A stretch of 64,000 nt of DNA from Actinomycetota bacterium (GTDB lineage Bacteria; Actinomycetota; Actinomycetes; S36-B12): the NCBI GenBank assembly GCA_029977425.1, contig JAPOKX010000001.1, positions 11,813 to 75,812 on the forward strand, in the 5' to 3' direction. Shown in pieces: positions 1-10,617 of the stretch. A program made the position numbers and the translations under genes. The notes under the pieces are model-generated. The model saw only the letters and a program-made list of their open reading frames with translations, made no database searches and was not told the DNA's origin. Every line of letters begins with the position of its first letter. Position 1 is the first letter of the stretch.

Positions 1-237
1 GAGGAGCGCCTGGCGCGCTGGTGCAGGGCAGCGTCGCTGCCCGCCGGGCCGCCAGCGGAGTCAACGGTCGCGGACATGCGGGTGGCCGTGGCGAACGACC
101 TGGACACGCGTTCAGCGATCGTCGCGGTCGACAACTGGGCCGACGAGGCGATCGCGCGCGGAGGCGACAGCGGAGAGGCGCCCGCCCGCATCCGTGACGC
201 GGTCGATGCGCTCCTCGGGGTCGATCTCAGTGACTAG
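1..237 (+). CDS. mshC: 3' end of cysteine:GlcN-Ins ligase (mycothiol ligase MshC type); the gene starts upstream of the window
   Basis: Frame 1 is open from base 1 to TAG at 235-237. It translates to ...VANDLDTRSAIVAVDNWADEAI...IRDAVDALLGVDLSD, the characteristic MshC/CysS-like C-terminus. The position next to the PAC2/proteasome block matches Mycobacterium. It is absent from the ORF track because it has no start in the window. Confidence 0.55.
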   Translation, partial: EERLARWCRAASLPAGPPAESTVADMRVAVANDLDTRSAIVAVDNWADEAIARGGDSGEAPARIRDAVDALLGVDLSD

Positions 238-262
238 GCCTGCACCACCTGGTCCCCCGTGA

Positions 263-1297
263 CTACGAGGACTTCTCGTCGTGGCCGCCGAACTCCTTGC
301 GTTGCGCCGACATGATCTTGTAGGCGAAGTCGGCCATGCCCTGGCTGTCGAAGCGCGAGTAGAGCGCCTCGGTGAGCACGGGTGCCGGGACGCCCTCCTC
401 GATAGCTGCGATGGACGTCCATCGTCCCTCGCCCGAATCCGACACGCGGCCGGAGAATTCCGTCAGATCTCCGGACCGCGACAGGGCGAGTGACGTGAGG
501 TCCAGCAGCCACGATCCGACGACGCTGCCGCGACGCCACACTTCAGCGATCGCGGGCAGGTCGAAGTCGTACTGGTAGTACTCCGGATGCTCCAGGGGAG
601 CGGTCTCTGCGTCCGCATCGCGCTGGTGCAGGCCGGTGTCGGCATGCTTGAGGATGTTGAGCCCCTCGGCGTACGCGGCCATGAGGCCGTACTCGATCCC
701 GTTATGCACCATCTTCACGAAGTGACCCGCACCGTTGGGACCGCAATGGAGCCAACCTGCCTCCCCGGGCACGAGATCCCCCGTGCGATCACCCGTGCGG
801 GGCGCAGAGTCCACGCCGGGCGCGACGGAGCCCCAGATCGGGTCGAGTCGGTTCACGGCTTCGTCGTCACCACCGATCATGAGGGAGTACCCGCGCTCGA
901 GGCCCCACACGCCGCCTGAGGTGCCGCAGTCGACATAGTGAATTCCCTGCGGTCGCAGCGCCGCGGCACGGCGGATGTCATCCCGGTAGTAGGAATTGCC
1001 CCCGTCGATCATGGTGTCGCCCTCGGCCAGGAGGCTCCCGAGCTCGTCCACGACCGCCTGAGTGATGGCGCCGGCAGGGACCATGATCCAGACGTTGCGT
1101 GGTTGCTCCATCTTGGCAACGAGGTCGGCCAACGAGGTGGCGCCGATGGCGCCTTCCGACACGAGGGCCGCGACCGCGGCCGGATCCCGGTCGTAGACGA
1201 CCGCCGAGTGTCCATCGCGCATGATGCGGCGCACGATGTTGGCGCCCATACGACCGAGTCCGATCATGCCCAGCTGCATGGGCTGCGATGTCGCCAT
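263..1297 (-). CDS. gnd: 6-phosphogluconate dehydrogenase, decarboxylating (short Gnd/YqeC type)
   Basis: This is the last 344 codons of ORF 263..2308. It starts MATSQPMQLGMIGLGRMGANIV (Rossmann GxGxxG) and later carries GTSGGVWG and GAGHFVKMVHNGIEYG. The upstream part of the ORF is antisense to pgi and was discarded. Confidence 0.85.
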   Translation of the reverse strand: MATSQPMQLGMIGLGRMGANIVRRIMRDGHSAVVYDRDPAAVAALVSEGAIGATSLADLVAKMEQPRNVWIMVPAGAITQAVVDELGSLLAEGDTMIDGGNSYYRDDIRRAAALRPQGIHYVDCGTSGGVWGLERGYSLMIGGDDEAVNRLDPIWGSVAPGVDSAPRTGDRTGDLVPGEAGWLHCGPNGAGHFVKMVHNGIEYGLMAAYAEGLNILKHADTGLHQRDADAETAPLEHPEYYQYDFDLPAIAEVWRRGSVVGSWLLDLTSLALSRSGDLTEFSGRVSDSGEGRWTSIAAIEEGVPAPVLTEALYSRFDSQGMADFAYKIMSAQRKEFGGHDEKSS

Positions 1298-1352
1298 GGC
1301 CCTTCCCTTCGTCACGTGGTCACCGCGCGACCGCAGGGTGTCCCTTGCGGCA

Positions 1353-1377
1353 TACGGTGTACGACCCGGACACCGTA
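1353..1377. promoter_or_regulatory. Candidate operator: inverted repeat TACGGTGT-N9-ACACCGTA between divergent gnd and pgi
   Basis: A perfect 8-bp inverted repeat read directly in the 96-bp divergent intergenic region. Confidence 0.25.
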
Positions 1378-1393
1378 GTGCAAGGCTTCGCGC

Positions 1394-3031
1394 ATGAACG
1401 TCACGGAACCGAGCGATCCCTCCCGCACCGCCGCGTGGGCCCGCCTCCTCGAACAAGCCCCTGCCATGCGCGAGAGGCACCTGCGGTCGCTCTTCGCGGA
1501 GGAACCTGACCGGGGGCCCGCGTGGACCCTCGAGGCCGCGGGGCTTCGGGTCGACTTCAGCAAGCAGCGCGTCACCCACGAGGTCATGGACCTCCTCCAC
1601 GAGCTGGCACGCGAACAGGGCGTGCTCGCCCGACGTGACGCGATGTTCGCCGGGGAGCACATCAACGTCACCGAGGGCAGGGCGGTGCTGCACACGGCGC
1701 TGCGCCTGCCCACGGGTGCGTCGCTCCAGGTGGACGGCGGCGATGTCGCCACCGAAGTCCACGACGTCCTGCGTCGGATGGAGGACTTCTCCGACCGCGT
1801 GCGCGACGGGGAGTGGACGGGGGCCACCGGTCAATCGATCCGCAACGTCGTGAACATCGGCATCGGCGGATCGGACCTCGGGCCGGCGATGGCGTACGAG
1901 GCGCTCCGCTACTACTCGGACCGCGAGATGACCTTCCGCTTCGTCTCCAACGTGGATCCCACCGACATCACCGAAGCGCTCCGAGGGCTCGACCCTGCGC
2001 GGACGCTCTTCATCGTGGCGTCCAAGACGTTCGGCACCCAGGAGACCCTGACGAACGCCAAGGCGGCCCGCCAGTGGATCGTCGAAGCGCTCGGGGAGTC
2101 TGCCGTGGAAAGGCATTTCGTCGCGGTCTCCACCAATGCCGAGCGCGTGGCTGCCTTCGGCATCGACACCGCCAACATGTTCGGATTCTGGGACTGGGTC
2201 GGCGGACGCTACTCGATGGACTCGGCCATCGGGCTCAGCACCATGATCGCGATAGGACCGCAGCACTTCCGCGAGATGCTCGACGGATTCCACGCCATGG
2301 ACCAGCACTTCCTCCTGGCGGATCCGGCATCCAACATCCCGTTGCGCATGGGACTCATCGCCGTGTGGAACCGGGACTTCCTCGACATCCCGACCAATGC
2401 CGTGCTGCCCTACGCGCAGTTCCTCGCCCGGTTCCCGGCGTACCTGCAGCAGCTCACCATGGAGAGCAACGGCAAGTCAGTGCGCCTCGACGGGGCGCAC
2501 GTGGACTACAACACGGGTGCGATCTACTGGGGGGAGCCGGGCACCAACGGCCAGCACTCGTTCTACCAGCTGCTGCATCAGGGCACGGAGCTCGTGTCGT
2601 GTGACTTCGCGCTCTTCGCGCAGGCGCTCGAGCCCGTCTTCGACATGCAGGACATGCTCGCCGCCAACGCGCTGGCGCAGGCTGCGGTGCTCGCCTTCGG
2701 GCGCACGGCCGAAGAGGTGCGTGCCGATGGCACTCCTGAGGACCTCGTGGCACACAAGGTCATGCCGGGCAATCGTCCTTCGACGTTCATCCTGGCGGCG
2801 CGACTGGAGCCGCATGCCCTCGGCGCCCTCATCGCGCTCTACGAGCACAGTGTCTTCGTTCAGGGGGCGGTGTGGGGCATCGACAGCTTCGATCAATGGG
2901 GGGTCGAGCTCGGCAAGCAGATGGCCAACTCGATTCTTCCGGACCTCCAGGATGCGGACCGCCCGCTCGACCGGGACTCCTCGACCGACGCCCTCATCCG
3001 CGCGTACCAGGCGATGCACGCTCAGGGTTGA
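1394..3031 (+). CDS. pgi: Glucose-6-phosphate isomerase
   Basis: 545 aa. Carries the phosphoglucose isomerase motifs [19 protein letters not shown] and [14 protein letters not shown]. Confidence 0.95.
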   Translation: MNVTEPSDPSRTAAWARLLEQAPAMRERHLRSLFAEEPDRGPAWTLEAAGLRVDFSKQRVTHEVMDLLHELAREQGVLARRDAMFAGEHINVTEGRAVLHTALRLPTGASLQVDGGDVATEVHDVLRRMEDFSDRVRDGEWTGATGQSIRNVVNIGIGGSDLGPAMAYEALRYYSDREMTFRFVSNVDPTDITEALRGLDPARTLFIVASKTFGTQETLTNAKAARQWIVEALGESAVERHFVAVSTNAERVAAFGIDTANMFGFWDWVGGRYSMDSAIGLSTMIAIGPQHFREMLDGFHAMDQHFLLADPASNIPLRMGLIAVWNRDFLDIPTNAVLPYAQFLARFPAYLQQLTMESNGKSVRLDGAHVDYNTGAIYWGEPGTNGQHSFYQLLHQGTELVSCDFALFAQALEPVFDMQDMLAANALAQAAVLAFGRTAEEVRADGTPEDLVAHKVMPGNRPSTFILAARLEPHALGALIALYEHSVFVQGAVWGIDSFDQWGVELGKQMANSILPDLQDADRPLDRDSSTDALIRAYQAMHAQG

Positions 3032-3039
3032 TGCGAGAC

Positions 3040-3891
3040 TCAGGTGCCGTCCGTGCCGCGGCGTCGCAGATAGCGCTCGAACTCCCGCGCGATGGCCTCA
3101 CCGCTCGCCTCGGGCAGGTCCGTGGTGTCGCGCGCCTCCTCGAGCTGTCGCACGTAGTCGGCGACCTCTTCATCGTCGGCGGCGAGCTCGTCGACGCCGA
3201 TCTCCCACGCGCGGGCCTCCTCGACCAGGTCACCGAGGGGCACGGGGACGTCGAGAAGGTCCTCGACGCGACGGACGAGTGCCAGGGTGGCCTTCGGCGA
3301 GGGTGCCTGAGCCACGTAGTGGGGGACGGCTGCCCACAGCGACACTGACGGCAGGCCTCGACGGGCACAGGCCTCCTGGAGGACGCCCACGATCCCGGTG
3401 GGCCCCTCGTAGTGGGAGGGCTCGACGCCCAGGCTCAGTGCGGTCCCCGGATCGGTGGCCGTGCCCGTGACGGGCACCGGCCGGGAATGCGGGCTGTCGG
3501 AGAGCAGGGCGCCCAGCGTGACGGACAGCGTGACTCCGAGTTCCGCTGCAAGGCCGAGGATCTCCTCCGTGAACTGCCGCCAGCGCATGTTGGGCTCGAT
3601 GCCGTGCACGAGCACGACGTCTCTCGTCGCGAGCGGAAGCCGCGCGACGTACACGCGCGTCGTGGGCCAGGTGAGGCGTCGCACGCCCTCATCGTCGAAG
3701 GCGATCATCGGCCGGTTGACCTGGTAGTCGTAGTAGTCCTCGGGGTCGATCTCCGCGAGCGGCATCGCGTCCCACACGCGGATGAGGTGATCGACGGCAT
3801 CGCTTGCGGAATCACCCGCGTCGTTCCATCCCTCGAAGGCAGCGACCAGGACGGGATCGACGAGCTCGGGCAGGGCCTCGAATTCGATCAT
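3040..3891 (-). CDS. PAC2 (proteasome assembly chaperone-like) family protein
   Basis: 283 aa. The N-terminus LVAAFEGWNDAGDSAS and overall layout are typical of the actinobacterial PAC2 family. It sits in an Rv2125-like position near the proteasome genes. Confidence 0.75.
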   Translation of the reverse strand: MIEFEALPELVDPVLVAAFEGWNDAGDSASDAVDHLIRVWDAMPLAEIDPEDYYDYQVNRPMIAFDDEGVRRLTWPTTRVYVARLPLATRDVVLVHGIEPNMRWRQFTEEILGLAAELGVTLSVTLGALLSDSPHSRPVPVTGTATDPGTALSLGVEPSHYEGPTGIVGVLQEACARRGLPSVSLWAAVPHYVAQAPSPKATLALVRRVEDLLDVPVPLGDLVEEARAWEIGVDELAADDEEVADYVRQLEEARDTTDLPEASGEAIAREFERYLRRRGTDGT

Positions 3892-3967
3892 GCGGCCACC
3901 TCCGGTCCCCGAGGCGCGCGCCCCCGGGCGCGTTCACCCTATGTCACGCAGCCCGCCGATAGCCTCC

Positions 3968-4654
3968 ATGCCCATGACCCTTCCCGCAGCGGTGCTCTTC
4001 GACCTCGACGGCACGCTCTTGGACTCCGAGGACCTGTGGTGGGACGCCGAGTGCCGGGTCGTCTCGAGTTGGGGTGGCACCTGGACACGGGAGGACCAGG
4101 CGCACTGCCTCGGCGGGCCCCTCGAGCGCGTGACGACGTACATGGCCCGCGAGACGGGTTCACCCCATGGGCCCGACCTCATCGGTGCTGAACTGCTGGC
4201 CGAGATGGAGTCCCTGCTGCGGGCAGGTGCACTCGAGTGGCGCCCTGGGGCGTTGGAGCTCCTCACCGAGTGCCGTGGGGCGGGGGTGCCCACGGCACTC
4301 GTGTCGGCCTCCCACCGCCGGCTACTGGACGCGGTCGCCGATGCGGTGGCTGACCACCCCGGGATGCCGGATCCCGCGTTCGACACGACCGTGGCAGGCG
4401 ACGAAGTCGACCAGGGAAAGCCCCATCCCGAGCCCTACCTGGAAGCCGCCCGACGGCTGGGCGTGCCCATCGACGCCTGCGTCGTGATCGAGGACTCACC
4501 GACTGGCGTCGCCTCCGGCCAGGCCAGCGGCGCGTTCGTCCTCGCGGTGCCGCACCTCGTGGACATCCCGCAGCATGATCGGCGCCACGTCATCGCGTCG
4601 CTCGAGGGCGTGACTCTGGACGACCTGCGCGCCTGGGCTAGCCTCCCCGGATGA
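3968..4654 (+). CDS. HAD-superfamily hydrolase (subfamily IA phosphatase/beta-PGM-like)
   Basis: Carries the LFDLDGTLLDSE nucleophile motif and a late IEDSPTGVASG motif. The start was moved to the ATG at 3968 (MPMTLPAAVLFDLDG) from the ORF start at 3890. Confidence 0.8.
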   Translation: MPMTLPAAVLFDLDGTLLDSEDLWWDAECRVVSSWGGTWTREDQAHCLGGPLERVTTYMARETGSPHGPDLIGAELLAEMESLLRAGALEWRPGALELLTECRGAGVPTALVSASHRRLLDAVADAVADHPGMPDPAFDTTVAGDEVDQGKPHPEPYLEAARRLGVPIDACVVIEDSPTGVASGQASGAFVLAVPHLVDIPQHDRRHVIASLEGVTLDDLRAWASLPG

Positions 4655-5517
4655 CCGGCGACCGCGTCCTCTCCCCGGGCGACATCGTGCAGATCACCGA
4701 TGATCGCGGGCGCCATCACACCCTGAATCTCCAGCCGGGTGCGACGTTCCACACGCATCGCGGTTCGATCGCCCACGATGACCTGCTGGGCCGCCCCGAA
4801 GGGATCGTCGTGACGACGACGGGGGGCACTCGGTACGTCGCCCTGCGTTCACTCCTCGAGGACTTCGTGCTGTCGATGCCGAGGGGCGCGGCCGTCATCT
4901 ACCCCAAGGATGCCGCGCGGATCGCGATGCTGACGGGCCTGCGTCCGGGGTGGTCGGTCCTCGAGGCGGGGGCAGGCTCGGGGGCTCTCACGTGCACGCT
5001 CATCCAGACCGTCGGCGCACAAGGCCGCGTGGTGTCGTGCGAGCGCCGGCCCGACTTCGCCGAGACCGCGAGGGCCAATGTCACGCGATGGTTCGGCGGG
5101 GAGCCCGAGACATGGACCTTGCACGTCGGCGATCTCGCGGAGCGCCCCTGGGATCCCGGCCTGTCCGGTGGCTTCGATGCCGTCGTCCTCGACATGCTCG
5201 ATCCCTGGGAGCACGTGGACACGGTTGCCGCAGCGCTGCGACCGGGTGGGGTGCTCGTCGTCTACGTCGCGACCACGACCCAGCTGTCGCGCATCGCGGA
5301 GGATCTCCGAGCGGACGGTCGGTGGACGGAGCCGCGCGCGGAGGAGTCGCTCGTGCGCACGTGGCACCTCGAGGGGCTTGCGGTGCGCCCGGATCACCGC
5401 ATGGTGGGGCACACCGGCTTCCTCCTCACGTCGCGCCGCCTCGCCGAGGGGACTGTCGCACCCCCGCGTCGCCGGCGCCCGGCCAAGGGGTTGACCGGGG
5501 GCGCGCCCGGCGCGTGA
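4651..5517 (+). CDS. trmI: tRNA (adenine58-N1)-methyltransferase TrmI
   Basis: 288 aa with the SAM-binding motif VLEAGAGSGALT. ATGA overlap with the HAD gene. Rv2118c-like position upstream of arc. Confidence 0.8.
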   Translation: MTGDRVLSPGDIVQITDDRGRHHTLNLQPGATFHTHRGSIAHDDLLGRPEGIVVTTTGGTRYVALRSLLEDFVLSMPRGAAVIYPKDAARIAMLTGLRPGWSVLEAGAGSGALTCTLIQTVGAQGRVVSCERRPDFAETARANVTRWFGGEPETWTLHVGDLAERPWDPGLSGGFDAVVLDMLDPWEHVDTVAAALRPGGVLVVYVATTTQLSRIAEDLRADGRWTEPRAEESLVRTWHLEGLAVRPDHRMVGHTGFLLTSRRLAEGTVAPPRRRRPAKGLTGGAPGA

Positions 5518-5579
5518 CGGGCGTACCGCACCCCATGTAGGTAGGGTCGAGGAGACCGAACCGACAAGGGAGGCGTGGC

Positions 5580-7232
5580 ATGAGCGAGCGTGACGCTGCG
5601 ATGCGCACCCCCGAGGAGCGCCTGCGCGTGCTCGAGTCCGAGTTGGCCGCCGCCCAGGCGCACAACGGCCGGCTCGTGGCCACGCTCCGTGATGCCCGCG
5701 AGCAGATCGTGGCGCTCAAGGCGGAAGTGGATCGCCTCGCCGAGCCTCCCGGGAGCTACGGCGTATTCCTGTCCCGTCTGGAGGATGGCTCGCTCGACGT
5801 CGCGGTTGCCGGACGCAAGATGAGGCTCGTCGCCTCCCCGGAGGTCGATGCGTCCGCGCTGCAGCCTGGCCAGGAGGTCATGCTCAATGAGGCCCTCAAC
5901 ATCGTGGGCGTGCGCGCGTTCGAGCGCATCGGCGAGATCGTGATGCTCAAGGAACTCCTTGCCGACGGCGAGCGTGCACTCGTCATCGGCCGCGCCGACG
6001 AGGAGCGCGTCGTGGGCCTCGCCGAGCCTCTGCGCCAGCGGACGCTGCGAGCGGGGGATTCGCTGCTCATGGAACCGCGCAGCGGCTACGTCTTCGAGGT
6101 GATTCCCAAGTCCGAGGTCGAGGAGCTGGTCCTCGAGGAGGTTCCTGACGTCGACTACGCCGACATCGGGGGTCTCGGGAGCCAGATCGACGCCATCAAG
6201 GACGCGGTCGAGCTTCCCTTCCTGCATCCCGATCTCTTCGAGGAGCATAGACTCGCTCCTCCCAAGGGCATTCTGCTCTACGGGCCTCCTGGTTGCGGCA
6301 AGACGCTCATCGCGAAGGCAGTCGCCAACTCCCTGGCCAAGAAGGTGGCCGAGCGCACGGGTCGTCAGGAAGGCCGGTCCTACTTCCTCAACATCAAGGG
6401 CCCTGAGCTGCTCAACAAGTACGTCGGCGAGACCGAGCGGCACATCCGCCTCGTCTTTCAGAGGGCGCGGGAGAAGGCGTCCGAGGGCATGCCCGTCATC
6501 GTGTTCTTCGACGAGATGGATTCGCTCTTCCGCACGCGCGGCTCCGGAGTGTCCAGTGACGTCGAGAACACGATCGTGCCCCAGCTCCTCAGCGAGATCG
6601 ACGGCGTGGAGAGCCTCGAGAACGTCATTGTCATCGGCGCCTCCAATCGCGAGGACATGATCGACCCTGCCATCCTGCGCCCGGGTCGCCTTGACGTGAA
6701 GATCAAGATCCAGCGCCCCGACGCCGAGGCTGCACGCGACATCCTCAGCAAGTACCTCACGCCCGAGCTGCCCCTTCACTCCGAGGACCTGAGCGAGCAC
6801 GGCGGCGACCCTGCGGCGACGTGCGCTGCGATGATCCAGCGCGCGGTGGAGCGGATGTACTCCGAGGAGGACGAGAATCGCTTCCTCGAGGTGACCTACG
6901 CCAACGGCGACAAGGAGGTCCTCTACTTCAAGGACTTCAACTCAGGCGCCATGCTCGAGAACATCGTGTCGCGCGCCAAGAAGATGGCCATCAAGGACTA
7001 CCTCGACTACGGGCAGAAGGGCATCCGCGTGCAGCACATGCTGAGCGCATGCGTCGACGAGTTCCGCGAGAACGAGGACCTGCCCAACACCACCAACCCC
7101 GACGACTGGGCGCGCATCTCGGGCAAGAAGGGCGAGCGCATCGTCTTCATCAGGACCCTGATCCAAGGCAAGCAGGGCACGGAGGCCGGACGCCTCATCG
7201 ACACGGTGCCCAACACCGGCCAGTACCTCTGA
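5580..7232 (+). CDS. arc: Proteasome-associated AAA ATPase ARC/Mpa
   Basis: 550 aa. It has an N-terminal coiled coil, Walker A GPPGCGKT, Walker [10 protein letters not shown] and the C-terminal GQYL docking motif. Confidence 0.95.
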   Translation: MSERDAAMRTPEERLRVLESELAAAQAHNGRLVATLRDAREQIVALKAEVDRLAEPPGSYGVFLSRLEDGSLDVAVAGRKMRLVASPEVDASALQPGQEVMLNEALNIVGVRAFERIGEIVMLKELLADGERALVIGRADEERVVGLAEPLRQRTLRAGDSLLMEPRSGYVFEVIPKSEVEELVLEEVPDVDYADIGGLGSQIDAIKDAVELPFLHPDLFEEHRLAPPKGILLYGPPGCGKTLIAKAVANSLAKKVAERTGRQEGRSYFLNIKGPELLNKYVGETERHIRLVFQRAREKASEGMPVIVFFDEMDSLFRTRGSGVSSDVENTIVPQLLSEIDGVESLENVIVIGASNREDMIDPAILRPGRLDVKIKIQRPDAEAARDILSKYLTPELPLHSEDLSEHGGDPAATCAAMIQRAVERMYSEEDENRFLEVTYANGDKEVLYFKDFNSGAMLENIVSRAKKMAIKDYLDYGQKGIRVQHMLSACVDEFRENEDLPNTTNPDDWARISGKKGERIVFIRTLIQGKQGTEAGRLIDTVPNTGQYL

Positions 7233-7247
7233 TCGCGTGGTGACGCA

Positions 7248-8762
7248 ATGAGCGTGCACCGCGTGATGGGGATCGAGACTGAATACGGCATCAGCGTCCC
7301 CGGTCACCCGCACGTCAATGCCATGACGACCTCGTCCGCGGTCGTGACCTCCTACACCGGGATCGCCGTCGGCGACCGACGCAGCCGGGCCCGCTGGGAT
7401 TTCGACGAGGAGCACCCCCTACGCGATGCGCGTGGCTACGACATGTCACGGGCGGAGGCCGACCCGAGCCAGCTCACGGACGAGGATCTCGGGCTCGCGA
7501 ACCTCATCCTCACCAACGGGGCCCGCCTCTACGTCGACCACGCGCACCCGGAGTTCTCGAGCCCTGAGGTGACCAACCCGCTCGACGCCGTGCTGTGGGA
7601 TCGGGCGGGGATGGAGATCATGGCCGATGCCGCCGAGGCCGCCACTCGCTCGGGGCCATTCACCATCCAGCTCTACAAGAACAACACCGACAACAAGGGC
7701 GCGTCCTACGGCTGCCACGAGAACTACCTCATGCGACGCGCGACACCCTTTGTCGACATCGTGCGCGATCTCACTCCCTTCTTCGTCACGCGCCAGGTCT
7801 TCGCCGGTGCCGGGAGGGTCGGGCGCGGACAGGAGGGCAGGGAGCCGGGCTTCCAGCTCTCGCAGCGCGCTGACTTCTTCGAGGTGGAGGTCGGGCTCGA
7901 GACCACGCTCAAGCGACCGATCATCAACACTCGCGACGAGCCGCATGCGGACCCCGAGAGGCACCGGCGGCTTCACGTCATCGTGGGGGATGCCAATCTG
8001 GCGGAGGCCGCGACCTACCTCAAGATGGGCAGCACCTCCCTTGTGCTCGCCCTCATCGAGGCCGGCGGCCTGCGCGAGGACCTCGTCCTCGCGGATCCGG
8101 TGAGGGAGATCCACGCCGTCTCGCATGATCCCTCGCTCACGCACCGGCTGACGCTGCGCGATGGGCGCCGGATGACCGCACTGGAGATCCAGCGTGCCTA
8201 TCTCGAGGCGGCCGCAGACCTTGCTGAGAAGCAGGCGGTGGCCGGCGTGGACGCGCAGACCGACGACATCCTGCGCCGCTGGGATCGCGTGCTCGTGGAT
8301 CTCGCGGAGGATCCCCGATTGGCCGCTGACCGCGTCGATTGGTCGGCGAAGCTGAGCCTCCTGGATGGCTACCGTCGACGCGACGGCCTCGACTGGGGGA
8401 GCGCCCGCCTTGAACTCGTCGACTTGCAGTACGCCGATATCCGCCCCGAGCGGGGATTGGCACTTCGCCTCGAGGCCGGGGGACGATTGGAGCGACTGAC
8501 GACCGAATCAGATGTCGATCGTGCGCGCGAGCATCCACCGACGGACACCAGGGCCTACTTCCGGGGCGAGTGCCTGCGCCGCTACGGCGACGCCGTGGCC
8601 GCGGCGTCGTGGGACTCGGTCATCTTCGACATCCCGGGCCAGGATGCGCTCCAGCGGGTGCCGACCCTGGAGCCGGTCCGTGGAACGCGCGATCACGTAG
8701 GTGGCCTGCTGGACGCCTCGAGCACTGCCGAGGAGCTTCTCGAGGCCCTTCGAGCCCGCTAG
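7248..8762 (+). CDS. dop: Pup deamidase/depupylase Dop
   Basis: 504 aa. Carries the [27 protein letters not shown] and RRLHVIVGD motifs and lies immediately upstream of pup. Confidence 0.95.
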   Translation: MSVHRVMGIETEYGISVPGHPHVNAMTTSSAVVTSYTGIAVGDRRSRARWDFDEEHPLRDARGYDMSRAEADPSQLTDEDLGLANLILTNGARLYVDHAHPEFSSPEVTNPLDAVLWDRAGMEIMADAAEAATRSGPFTIQLYKNNTDNKGASYGCHENYLMRRATPFVDIVRDLTPFFVTRQVFAGAGRVGRGQEGREPGFQLSQRADFFEVEVGLETTLKRPIINTRDEPHADPERHRRLHVIVGDANLAEAATYLKMGSTSLVLALIEAGGLREDLVLADPVREIHAVSHDPSLTHRLTLRDGRRMTALEIQRAYLEAAADLAEKQAVAGVDAQTDDILRRWDRVLVDLAEDPRLAADRVDWSAKLSLLDGYRRRDGLDWGSARLELVDLQYADIRPERGLALRLEAGGRLERLTTESDVDRAREHPPTDTRAYFRGECLRRYGDAVAAASWDSVIFDIPGQDALQRVPTLEPVRGTRDHVGGLLDASSTAEELLEALRAR

Positions 8763-8826
8763 GCCACGGCCTGCGCCCTGGCGTGCAAGAGGGGCACGGT
8801 CGGTCCCCGGCGTCTAGGGTGTAGCC

Positions 8827-9018
8827 ATGAGCACCCAGGACAGCCAGCGTCGCCCCGCCCGCCCCGGGCAGGACGAGCAGGAGGAGGTCGCTCTCCCCGA
8901 GCGGGCTCCGAGCGATATCGACGCGGATGTCGACGCGATCCTCGACGAGATCGATGAGGTCCTCGAAGAGAACGCCGAGGAGTTCGTGAAGTCCTTCGTC
9001 CAGAAGGGCGGCCAGTGA
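8827..9018 (+). CDS. pup: Prokaryotic ubiquitin-like protein Pup
   Basis: 63 aa, acidic and low-complexity, ending in FVQKGGQ (C-terminal GGQ). Confidence 0.95.
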   Translation: MSTQDSQRRPARPGQDEQEEVALPERAPSDIDADVDAILDEIDEVLEENAEEFVKSFVQKGGQ

Positions 9019-9863
9019 CGGTCGAGCGACCCGCGGGGCCCATGCGCGGCCTGCCGGAATCCTTCATGGCACACGGGTCCTCCTTCGCCGATTTCCTCGC
9101 GGACACAGGCATGTGGCCTGGTCCCCGCCTGACGGGGGCGGGCAGCGTCGACGTCCCGCATGCCACGACGATCGTTGCCCTGGCTACGTCCGATGGCATC
9201 GTCATGGCCGGCGACCGGCGCGCGACGATGGGCAACATCATCGCCCAGCGCGACATCGAGAAGGTCTTCCCGGCCGATGAGCATTCCGTCGTGGGCATCG
9301 CCGGCGCGGCGGGCGTGGCCGTCGAGCTCGTGCGCCTGTTCCAGGTCGAGCTTGAGCACTACGAGAAGATCGAAGGCCTGCCTCTCTCCCTCGATGGCAA
9401 GGCAAACCGGCTCGCCACCTTGTTGCGCGGCAATCTCGGGATGGCCATGCAGGGCCTCGCGGTGGTCCCGCTCTTCGCCGGATACGACCTCGACCGCGAG
9501 CGCGGCCGGATCTTCTCGTACGACGTCACGGGTGGCCGCTACGAGGAGCGCGATCACCATGCGGTCGGATCGGGCTCCGTCTTCGCCCGGGGCTCCCTGA
9601 AGAAGCTCTACCGCAGCGGGATGTCGACGGAGGACGGCGTCATGGCGACCGTCGAGGCCCTCTACGACGCCGCGGACGACGACTCAGCGACGGGAGGCCC
9701 TGACCTCACTCGTCGGATCTTCCCCGTCATCGCCGTGGCGGAGTCAGACGGCGTGCGCATGCTCCCGGACGAGGAGGTGGGTGCGGTCGTCGAGCGCGTC
9801 GTCGGTGCGCGCCTCACGAGCCCCGACGGTCCGACGGCGCCGCTCCCGGGGGCAGGCCGATGA
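9015..9863 (+). CDS. prcB: 20S proteasome beta subunit
   Basis: 282 aa. GTGA overlap with pup. A propeptide is followed by HA|TTIVAL (Thr-1 nucleophile). Confidence 0.95.
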   Translation: MTVERPAGPMRGLPESFMAHGSSFADFLADTGMWPGPRLTGAGSVDVPHATTIVALATSDGIVMAGDRRATMGNIIAQRDIEKVFPADEHSVVGIAGAAGVAVELVRLFQVELEHYEKIEGLPLSLDGKANRLATLLRGNLGMAMQGLAVVPLFAGYDLDRERGRIFSYDVTGGRYEERDHHAVGSGSVFARGSLKKLYRSGMSTEDGVMATVEALYDAADDDSATGGPDLTRRIFPVIAVAESDGVRMLPDEEVGAVVERVVGARLTSPDGPTAPLPGAGR

Positions 9864-10615
9864 GCGTTCCGTTCTACGTCTCGCCCGAGCAGATCATCAA
9901 GGACAAGGCGGACTACGCCCGAAAGGGTATTGCGAGAGGTCGCAGTGTCGTCGTCCTCCAGTACGACGGAGGGATCCTCTTCGTCGCCGAGAATCCCTCT
10001 CGGTCGTTGCACAAGATCTCGGAGATCTACGACCGCATTGGCTTCGCGGCAGTGGGCAAGTACAACGAGTTCGAGAATCTGCGCGTCGCGGGAGTTCGCC
10101 TCGCTGACATGCGCGGCTATGCGTATGACCGGCGCGACGTGAGCGGCCGAAGCCTGGCCAACGCCTATGCCCAGACGCTCGGCTCGATCTTCACCGAGAC
10201 GACCAAGCCCTACGAGGTCGAACTCGTGGTTGCCGAGGTGGGCCCCGAGGCCGACCAGGACGAGATCTACCGGCTTACCTTCGACGGCTCCGTCGCTGAC
10301 GAGCACGGCTACGTGGCGATGGGCGGCCAGGCCGAGGACGTGGCCGCGGCGCTGGGAGCGTCGTGGCGGCCGGGGATGACGCTCGAGGAAGCGGTGCGCG
10401 CAGCCGTTGCGGCGCTCGGCGCGACCGCCGCCGCTCCACCCGGTCCCGATCAGCTTGAGGCCGCCGTCCTGGAGCGGAGCAGGCCGCGTCGCACCTTCCG
10501 GCGTCTGAGCGCGGATCGCCTCGCGGGGATCCTCGGCGTCGACAAGCCGTCGCCGCCTCCCGCAGGTGTGGCCGAGTCGCCTGACCTGCCCGTCGCCGGG
10601 GGCGAGGGGCCCTAG
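9860..10615 (+). CDS. prcA: 20S proteasome alpha subunit
   Basis: 251 aa. ATGA overlap with prcB. The N-terminus is [24 protein letters not shown]. Confidence 0.95.
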   Translation: MSVPFYVSPEQIIKDKADYARKGIARGRSVVVLQYDGGILFVAENPSRSLHKISEIYDRIGFAAVGKYNEFENLRVAGVRLADMRGYAYDRRDVSGRSLANAYAQTLGSIFTETTKPYEVELVVAEVGPEADQDEIYRLTFDGSVADEHGYVAMGGQAEDVAAALGASWRPGMTLEEAVRAAVAALGATAAAPPGPDQLEAAVLERSRPRRTFRRLSADRLAGILGVDKPSPPPAGVAESPDLPVAGGEGP

Positions 10616-10617
10616 CC

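Noticed and set aside
263-2308. A 681-aa minus-strand ORF that would suggest a large fusion protein
   Set aside because: Only the last 344 codons (from MATSQPMQLGMIGLGRMG at 1297) look like 6PGDH. The N-terminal half is Arg/Gly/His-rich nonsense running antisense to pgi, which is a high-GC shadow extension.
5394-6800. A 468-aa ORF antisense to arc/mpa
   Set aside because: It is fully contained opposite a gene with unambiguous AAA+ motifs. It has no motifs of its own and a typical GC-rich shadow-frame composition.
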